A DNA stretch of 64,000 nucleotides, taken from positions 60,016,001-60,080,000 of the forward strand of contig OX597823.1 of assembly GCA_951406725.2 (NCBI GenBank), in the 5' to 3' direction. The notes below the pieces were generated by a model. That model ran no database searches. It was not told the origin of the DNA and saw only the letters and a program-made list of their open reading frames with translations. Made by a program: the position numbers and the translations under genes. This document shows positions 54,476 through 64,000 of this stretch, one piece after another; the first letter of the stretch is position 1; the number at the start of each line of letters is the position of its first letter. The stretch is from Octopus vulgaris. Lineage: Eukaryota.

Positions 54476-54764
54476 TATATAATTCGTGGATATACAGGGT
54501 AATTTGTTCAACAAGCCTGCTCGTAAGGTGAAATCTTGCAAAGCAGAGCAATAATTTCCCATAGTAACAATGAAATTTTATGCCATCATTTTACTCCATC
54601 ACACTGTGTAGATGTGTTAGACACCAGTGTTTCCACATGTTGTGATGTTGCCACATACACACACAAATAGCTATTTAACCTTTTATATTTATTATAAAAT
54701 GAAACTTGTAAATCCAGGATCTCATAAATTGGGTCCTCATAAAGTGAGGTAATACTGTATATAT

Positions 54765-54983
54765 ATATATATTAAAAATGGGGAAGGCCAATTTACGGGA
54801 TTACCTTAAGTTTCCCGTCCATAAAGGGTTTAGCTTTATGGCATATCTTCAGATCCCAAGACCTGTTGGCCCAAGACTTCTCAAAAATATTTTTAAGAGG
54901 ACTTGGGCCATAAAGTTAAACCCTTTATGAACGGGAAACCTAAGGCAATCCCATAAACTGGCCTTCCCCATTTTTAATATATA
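54765..54983. repeat. ~220-nt near-perfect fold-back
   Basis: Arms differ by a few substitutions and a 28-nt left-arm-only segment (54843-54870). Confidence 0.95.
54796..54858 (-). ncRNA. Type I hammerhead ribozyme motif with intact catalytic core
   Basis: Minus: TGGGAT-CTGAAGA-tatg CCATAAAG ctaaacc CTTTATGG acgg-GAAA-CT taa GG-TA-ATCCCG; base of stem II imperfect. Confidence 0.6.
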
Positions 54984-55077
54984 CTACACTATATCTTAGA
55001 GTGTGTATCTTCTTTTGGATGTATGTTTTTTACAGGCGATATATATATATATGTCTGAATATTCCACAAATACATAT

Positions 55078-55415
55078 ACTGCATGGCACCTTGGGCAAGT
55101 GTCTTCTACTATAGACTCAGGCTGACCAAAGCCTTGTAAGTGGATTTGGTAGATGGAAACTGAAAGAAGCCTGTCGTATATATGTACATGTATATATATA
55201 TGTGTGCATGTGTTTGTGTGTCTGTGTTTGTCACTCCAACATTGCTTAACAACCAATGCTGATGTGTTTACGTCCCCGTATCTTAGTGGTTCAGCAAAAG
55301 AGACCGATAGAATAAGTACTAGGCTTACAAAGAATAAGTCCTGGGGTCAATTTGCTTGACTAAAGGTGGCGCTCCAGTATGGTCGCAGTCAAATGACTGA
55401 AACAAGTAAATGAGT
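55078..55415 (+). mobile_element. SINE family A, 5'-truncated
   Basis: Core and tail. Confidence 0.88.
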
Positions 55416-57219
55416 ATAACCTTAACTTTTAATTCCTTATTAATTATAATTAACTTATAATTCTCAAGCTGAATCTCTGTGTCATATGTACAACATGTAA
55501 CAAGGTTGGACTTTGGAATTACATGTAGGATACATCTGACAATATTCCACATAGTTTCTATATTTCCTTGCCAATTTCATTTATGAATCTTGGATAAATT
55601 CAAGGCTAGGCAAAGACATTTACCCAATGTAACATATAGTAGGCTGAGCTCAATAACTGCATAATTGCAAAGTGAATTTCTCAACCATTTAGTTATTCCT
55701 GTCTCCACAATACATACACAATAGTAATATAGTGACTGCAGTGAGGTTATGTATAGCATTACACATAATAACTGTCCTAGTAGGTTTTCACATATATTGT
55801 TTTTTCTCTTTATTCAATCAGTTCTAAGTTTACGATGAACTAATGTCAATTAGGTTCTATATACAATATAGAGATATAACGAATGAATAAGGTAAATGAG
55901 ATCAAATCTGAAAAAATATTTTGTTTCACTATGAATATCAAAAAAGGTTTTAGGAAATCTGCAAGAAATAAAAGGAAAAAAAAAAAAGACTGGAAACAGA
56001 TAGTGGAAACAAGAATCTAAAATTTCTTGCCAGTCTTTGGATATCATTCTGCAGCCATTGCTGGCTACTGGAAAAATAAATATATAAATAAAGAGATAAA
56101 AATAAAGAATAATGATAATAATAAAACATATAAGACAAACTCTGCTACTTTTCAAAACCAGAAACATGATAATTTCGAATAGAAAGTATCAATAAAATAA
56201 TTGTATTGTATGTTTTGCTGAGAAACTTATTGTGTAAATGTGATTTGTGTGTCTTCATTTATCTGTGTGTGATGTGTGTGTGTGCGTGTGTGTGTGTGCA
56301 TGTGCTAGTATGTATAACATGTTTGTATATACCATATGCATGTTTGTATGAGTGTGTGTGAATGTGTGTATGTATTTTTTTTTGGTACATGTTTCTAAGC
56401 CAATCTGAAGAATTTTTTTCATACATTTACATGACAGAATATTTTTTATATTCCGTATGAAGTTTATTCAAATTGTTTTCTTTTTCTATGTTTTTTTAAA
56501 AAATATTTATACAACAGTGTAATTGAGTCATGTGTATATAAATATATATATATATATGTCTATGATGTCTATGTGTGTGGTGGGGGTAAGCCTACTTACC
56601 TGTAGCTTACCTGACAATATAATTCTCCATAAGATATGAAGTCAATTTTTTTATATCAACAGTTTTATATGAATGTATGGTATACTTTTTATGAATGTAT
56701 GTAATATATTTTTTTATGAATGTATATAATTATTTTTTATATAACCAATGAATGTAGTTTCAACCTTTCATTATAATCACTATCATCATTATTATTATTA
56801 TCAGTGTCATCATCCTCATCGTCATCATCATCCTCATTGACGCCGTCGTAATCATCGTTGTCATCATCATCACCATCATATTAGTAGTAGTAGTAGTATT
56901 AGTAATAGTAGTAGTACCATTACTATTATTAGTATTGTACCATTCATTTTATTTATTTTATGCTTTGTGGCACAAATGTAGAATTGCAATGTATATTCTA
57001 ATATTTACAGAATGATATGGTCAATAAATGAGTTCATATATATATATATGATGTATGTATATATATATAACTGTCTCTCACTCTCTCTCTCTCTTTATAT
57101 ATATATATACATATATGTATAAATATGTACATACATTATATATATACAGCCACACATTTAATATGTTTTATTTAATACATACCTTATAGATATATATATG
57201 TGCATATATATTATATATA

Positions 57220-57261
<42 letters not shown>

Positions 57262-57337
57262 CATATATGCATATACAAATATATACACATATATATAAGT
57301 ATTAACATCTATGTTTCTGTATGTGCATTGCATGTCC

Positions 57338-57376
<39 letters not shown>

Positions 57377-57994
57377 ATGTATACGTATGCATGTATATAT
57401 TTATATGGAGATAGAAATAGATATATATGTAATTACACATATAATGTATCTGTCTCTATTTATATATATATACATGTGAGTGTGTGTGCATACATGCATA
57501 CACACACACTAGCAAATATTTGCATATATATATATATACATCTATATAAAGATGTATGTAATATATGTATACAAACATACTCACAGAGAGATACAGAGAG
57601 AGAGAGAGAGATTGTGAGAGAAAGAGGAGGGAAAGCAAAATAAATAAGTAGATAGATAAGTATGTGTATGTTTGCATGGGCATGTATATATGTATATGTG
57701 TATAAGTGTACATACGTATGCATAGGTGTGCACATACATATGTATATGTTTTAGAAATTTGACATAGTTGTTTTGCAGACTTGTCAAATCTATTCATCAC
57801 TAGCAGACAGTAGATAAAAATGGTGGATACATTGTCAAATCTGGTGGTAAATATGAACAAGGCAAGTCTCCACCATCAGCATCAAAGTTGTCAAATCTGA
57901 TTTTTCTTCAAGCATAATAAGCATTGGCACAATTATAGGTCAAAGAAAATAGCATTGTATATGTAAGCGTGCATGTGTGTGATGTGGAGATACA

Positions 57995-58048
<54 letters not shown>

Positions 58049-58223
58049 GTATAGATGTATATTTATATATATATATATATACATATGTATATATATGTTT
58101 GTAAGTATGTATATGTATTGATGTGTATGTATATGTATGTGTTTATATATATATATATATAAATATATGAATGTGTATATATATGCATACATGTATATAT
58201 ATATATATTTATACATATATGTA

Positions 58224-58282
<59 letters not shown>

Positions 58283-58466
58283 GTATATGAATATATGCAT
58301 TGATGTGTATGTATGTATATGTGTGTATATATATATATATAGATATATATAGATATACACACACATATATATATATACACACACACATACACACACATAT
58401 ATATATAAACATATATGCATATATGAAGATAAGTAAACAGATATTTGTGTGTATGCGTCTGTATCA

Positions 58467-58509
<43 letters not shown>

Positions 58510-58535
58510 TGTATATATATACACACACACACATG
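57995..58535. repeat. Compound (CA)n/(TA)n microsatellite
   Basis: Direct reading. Confidence 0.95.
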
Positions 58536-58916
58536 ACTAAAGTGTATCACAAGAGACTGATTTTGGTCTCTCAAAATATGGAATATTTGTTCAGTCCATG
58601 CCTGTAGCAAACCAAAAGAATTGAAGCATGAAATGAACTAATGCTAGAAAGCGATTCTTCTCAGGCTTGAGAATTAGTGCAAATATTTGAATGGAAAATA
58701 GTTAAATTGATAATCATAGACATAAGCACACACATACATGCACAAATCTGCAACAATATTTCTATATATCACTATATCTTAATATTGTGAACATATATAT
58801 ATATATATATATATATATAAGCACTAGCATTCTATACATGTATTTATACACATACACATGTGTGTGTGTGAGAGAGAGTGTATGTGTGTGTGTGTCTATA
58901 TGTATATATATATATG

Positions 58917-58954
<38 letters not shown>

Positions 58955-58964
58955 CATATATGTG

Positions 58965-58995
<31 letters not shown>

Positions 58996-59586
58996 ATATA
59001 TATGTTTATATATGTATATATATATATGTGTGTGTGTGTGTGTATATATATATGTTTATATATGTATATATATATGTGTGTGTGTATATATATATATATA
59101 TATGTACATACACACACACATGCAAACATACATATATATGTGTGTGTGTATGCATTTATGAGCAGGTGTATGTATGTGTAGATGAAAAGAACTAGTGTAA
59201 GAGAAAGTCAAAAGAGAGAAAAGTGATGTATCATAGTGCAAGGTCAATGCAAACACAGGAGAAAACAAGTAGATAACTTTTCATTACGTGGTACACATCC
59301 CAATGGAGCTGTTTAAGGTTACATATGGCAGACGTAATGGTTCACAAAGTTTGTGGGGAAAAAAAATCAGATTCCTGAAAGAAACCTGTTGTCCATATTA
59401 GCAAAAGTTGTATTTTTGTTGATGTCTAAAGCTTTCTAATTTACATGCCATGGAGAGAAGAGTTTCAAGGAAATTGAACAAAGCTTTACTTCAGACAGTG
59501 AGTTTTCCTTTGTCTCTAGTTTATGAAAGCTTAGGCATGGTGGAGATTGACAGGAAATAGCAGAGAATTAGTAGCTGTATATATGT

Positions 59587-59910
59587 GAAGGCACATGGCT
59601 CAGTGGTTAGAGCGTCGAGCTTACGATCGTGAGGTTGTGAGTTTGAATCCCGGACTGGGCTGTGTGCTGTGTTCTTGAGCAAGACACTTTATTTCATGTT
59701 ACTCCAGTTCACTCAGCTGTAGAAATGAGTTGTGACATCACAGGTGCCAAGCTGTATCAACCTTTGCCTTTCCCTTGGATAAAACTGGTGGCATGGAGAG
59801 GGGAGGCTGGTATGCATGGGTGACTGCTGGTCTTCCACATAAGCAACCTTGCTTGGGAGGGTAATTTTCTAGGTGCAATCCCATGGTAAGTCATGACTGA
59901 AGGGGGTCTC
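59587..59910 (+). mobile_element. tRNA-derived SINE family C
   Basis: A box TGGCTCAGTGG, B-box-like GAGTTTGAATCC, core GTGTTCTTGAGCAAGACACTT. Confidence 0.9.
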
Positions 59911-60103
59911 AGCAGCATATGTGACAAAGAAATGGTTGGAGGGAAAAATGTGGTAGAAAAGGAAAAGTAAGAAAGGAGAGGAAGAGAAAATGTTTTTTAT
60001 ATTCAGGTACTGATCCTGATTGAGCCACTTTAAGTCAGGCCTTGCATACTTTAGTTTACACACGCGCACACACACAAACAAACAAACATATGCATTTCTT
60101 GTA

Positions 60104-60522
60104 CTTTTTACTTTTTTTACTTTTTTACTGGTTTCAGTCATTTGACTGTGGACATGCTGGAGCACCGCCTTTGGTCGAGCAAATCGAACCCAGGACTTAT
60201 TCTTTGTAAGCCTAGTACTTATTCTATCGGTCTCTTTTGCTGAACCGCTAAATTACGGGGACATAAACACACTAGCATCGGTTGTCAAGTGATGTTGGTG
60301 GGACAAACACAAACATACAAACATATACACACACATACATACATATATATATACATATATACGAAAGGCTTCTTTCAGTTTTCTTCTACCAAATCCACTC
60401 ACAAGGCTTTGGTCGGTCTGAGGCTATAGAAGAAGACACTTGCCCAAGGTGCCACACAGTGGGACTGAACCTGGAACCATGTGGTTGGTAAGTAAGCTAC
60501 TTACCACACAGCCACTCTTATG
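60104..60522 (-). mobile_element. SINE family A, full length
   Basis: Close to 11167-11586. Confidence 0.92.
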
Positions 60523-60653
60523 CCTATATCATATGTATATCATATACAAAGTAATTATTCTCTTAATCATATCTGATAAAACAAATACACACATATTGAC
60601 ACACACATGCACTGACACACACATGCACATGCACACACATGCAATGATATATT

Positions 60654-60866
60654 GGTTTCAAATTTTGGCACAAGGCCAGCAATTTTGGAAGAGATGGTAA
60701 ATCAATTGCATTGATCACAGTATTCAACTAGGATTTATTTTATTCATCCCAAAATGATGAAAGGCAATGTCAACGTTGGTGGAATTTGAACTCAGAACGT
60801 TAAAGATGGATGAAATGCCACTAAGCATTTTATCTGGTGCACTAACTATTCTGCCAGTTCACAGCC
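60654..60866 (-). mobile_element. SINE family B, old-type tail
   Basis: Reverse complement of head, core and tail. Confidence 0.82.
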
Positions 60867-60999
60867 TGACACACATGTAATTACATATTATTAGAGTTAA
60901 TGAAAAGCTCAATGTATTACAAAAACAAATATTTCCATCACAAATAGTATTGTGCAAACTGCAGGAATTTTTCAAAAGAATTGTTCATTGGTACCTAAC

Positions 61000-61220
61000 A
61001 GGCAGAAACGTTAGCATACCGGGCAAAATGCTTAGCAGTATTTCGTCTGCCACTACATTCAGAGTTCAAATTCCGCCAAGGTTGACTTTGCTTTTCATCC
61101 TTTCGGGGTCGATTAAATAAGTACCAGTTACGCACTGGGGTTGCTATAATTGACTTAATCCATTTGACTGTCCTTGTTTGTCCTCTCTGTGTTTAGCCCC
61201 TTGTGGGTAGTAAAGAAATA
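61000..61220 (+). mobile_element. SINE family B, young, Tx1-type tail
   Basis: Flanks GGTACCTAA (60990) and GGTATCTAA (61221). Confidence 0.9.
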
Positions 61221-61607
61221 GGTATCTAAGAAGTCTGAAGGGTGTATGTCATGTTATTTTTGTGGGTTCATTTTTATTACTTTTATTGGCATTTTTAACA
61301 AAGTTAGTGATTTAATGTAATGGTGTATATAATTACAGCACTGCGCTACCTTCTCCCCACCATCAAAAATCACCCACACGAAACACTGCCTTTAAATAAA
61401 AGCTAATAACACCTCAAGAAATTAAAGTCATTACATAAACCCTTTACACTTTTGAAGTAAATAAATGCAATATCATCGTGTTTATGTATTTGTTTTGCAA
61501 GATCCTTTGCAAGGTGTGAAATCATGTGTTGAAAGAGATATTGTTATATTTGAGGATGGTCATTTTTTTTTGTCAATAAACACGTGCTCTGTTTATTTGA
61601 TTGTTAC

Positions 61608-61660
<53 letters not shown>

Positions 61661-62641
61661 CATTATAGGTTTATTAATCAGAGTTCTTTCATCATGCGTT
61701 CTGTGACCTCTTCAATGAATTCCTGTTACTTGTTTCTCCTCTTCTCTCAGGACTTGTCCTGTCTCTAAAATATCTATTTAAGAACAGTCCCAAAAGCAAT
61801 GGAATGTCTCGTCACTCTATAGCATTGATCTTTGTAATAACACAGTTATTTTACAAATAGTCTGAATGTTCTCTTTCTTTGAAGTCCTGTACAGTCCACT
61901 TGTACTTACAGCTTACATGTATACACTCATACATACATAGATACATGCATTGTTTTGGACAGATAAGTAAAAGTATGTACTGCCATATTGATCAGCTGTC
62001 CTGCTGATGGGAGTATCTCTTTAAGAATCAAAGCGAAAGGGGATAACTATGGACAACTGCTTTGAAGCCTCTAGCTTCTATATCCCAATTATATCGCATT
62101 TATACAATAATAATTGGTGCACTTGGCTTTGTGAGTAAATGCAAAGGTGATAATGTGGATGAACAAAAGAAATCAACCACCTAGCTCATACATGAGAAAT
62201 ATAATCCGTAAGTGGAAGAGTAAAAATATGCAAGACTTTTCTCAAGTTTAAAATGTGACATTGTTTTTGTTATCTACATTCCAAAAATGCAGCTTTGTAT
62301 CTTTGTTAGAAACGAGCCCTTTCCACAGAGGAAGAATTTAAATAATTAAAAATGTAAGCCAGGGAATATGAGAAATTAATATATTTATTTAACTACTTGG
62401 CAGCCATATGATTACAGCCATTTCACAGCCTTCTTCATGTCATAATAATTTCAGTGTGGAATAAGATTATGTTTACATATTTGCATTAACATGCATGTTA
62501 TGCATTATACAATACAAAGGCATATTCACAAGTCAATGCTAATAAAGCTAGATCATCAGATCACCAGAACACTAATGATTCTGTGATAGACACAATTCCA
62601 TGAATACGTGGCTTATAATACAAATTCCACACACCCACGCA

Positions 62642-62709
<68 letters not shown>

Positions 62710-62714
62710 GATAT

Positions 62715-62810
<96 letters not shown>

Positions 62811-62870
62811 ATCATTTCTATTAGTAGAACTTGAAGTAGATAAAACTATAAATAATCGTATGTAAATATT

Positions 62871-63328
62871 GGTTGGAAAAACCCTCTTGGATGGAAAAAG
62901 TTGGACACTGTCAATAGGACTCAAACACACATCTTCTATAAACATGAAAGACGTTCTACCTTTAAATGAAAGCACTCTTTTCAATTTCTCCATCTGTTTT
63001 TAAAGCATTTCTTCTTAGCAGCAACAATTGTTTGTTGCTTACATCATAAGAACTTAGAAACTTTGAGAGACATAAAATAATTAATTTTTTAACAGTGAAA
63101 CTCAAAGTACATGGAGTTATAGATAATATAGTAAAGAATATTAGGTCAAATAATCCTTGCGTGGGAAAAGCCAAAGGCTGCCTGTGGGACTCAAGGCCCT
63201 TTCTTCTCTAAACATGATAGATGTTTGACAATTTTACCAAATCAGTCCTTCAAATTTCTCCATCCATTTTAGGAGCCTCCTTCTTATCGATAAGAATTAT
63301 ATGTTGTTTACAGTATATGAATTTAGGA
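62871..63328 (-). repeat. Two tandem diverged units (period ~270 bp) of the tRNA-like-containing repeat
   Basis: Shared anchors ATGGAGAAATT, CATGT(T/C)TA, TT(G/C)(A)AGT and T-run with 22290-22472. Confidence 0.6.
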
Positions 63329-63586
63329 GTTATTTACACAAGTTTGTTTATAGCTTTATGTACTAAGAATTCCACCATCAAAAACAATTTATTTCATGTC
63401 CCTTAAAGTTTCCATGCTCCCCTTTTTTCACAGATAAGAATGTGTGCCTTTACACAGCTCTTATTCTCCTTTTGCATCCCATATGCATATCATTGTAGCC
63501 TTCTCTCTTGAATAAAACATCTGACTCCTCATTTATCCTGTCTTTCACTCATCTTTTTGGAAAGACATCGATACAAGAAAAGATAT

Positions 63587-63630
<44 letters not shown>

Positions 63631-64000
63631 ATGTGTATACATGCATATATATAAAATATTATACATATATATATGTGTATATATATACATACACACACAC
63701 ATATACATTTTTTTTATAAATTGTAATTCATGTAGTCTAGTATTATACATCTTGTAATGCACACCAATACATATATACTTATATACATATATATACATGT
63801 ATGTAGATAGATAGATAGATAGATAGATATAGATATATAGATGCAGATACAGAGATAGAGGTAGATAGATATTTACATGTAAGAATTTAGAAGGGCTTCC
63901 AGGTGTAGAAACTATGGCAAATTGAGTTTCACTTGAATTTGAAAATAAAACACAGACAAACAGATCGCTATGAAAAGTGTTCTAACCGATACACTGGAAA

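Noticed and set aside
57781-57898. CRISPR-like repeat-spacer array
   Set aside because: Repeats are only 11 nt, there are three copies, the context is eukaryotic and no cas genes are present
59590-59662. Possible tRNA gene
   Set aside because: It is the tRNA-derived head of SINE C, runs straight into the SINE body and has imperfect stems
62960-63060. KCFKNRW frame suggesting a second Tx1-like LINE end
   Set aside because: The segment aligns better to the tRNA-like repeat at 22290-22472; the peptide similarity is likely coincidental

Overview
This is very AT-rich, microsatellite-saturated eukaryotic DNA. The repeat landscape (tRNA-derived SINE families with (TA)n/(CA)n/(TACA)n/(GATA)n/(AAT)n/(GAT)n tracts, Penelope-like, CR1-like, Tx1-like, Tc1/mariner and Helitron relics) looks like an octopus or other coleoid cephalopod genome; that is inferred from repeat style and not verified. 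No host protein-coding gene can be called with confidence, and almost all ORF-track entries are microsatellite or SINE translations. The only long open ORF is a 5'-truncated CR1/L2-group LINE reverse transcriptase (24526-25870). The most interesting signals are five. (i) A series of Penelope-type hammerhead-ribozyme (HHR) motifs, almost all on the minus strand, including one with an intact catalytic core caged inside its own ~220-nt fold-back (54765-54983). (ii) A SINE subfamily that carries the 3' tail of a Tx1-like LINE and repeatedly nests in its own head. (iii) A repeat carrying an internal tRNA-like gene with conserved upstream flank. (iv) A candidate 9-nt UGC-type neural microexon (657-665, minus) and weaker microexon candidates. 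(v) Many long dsRNA-forming inverted repeats that are potential ADAR substrates. Repeat boundaries were read by eye and are approximate.
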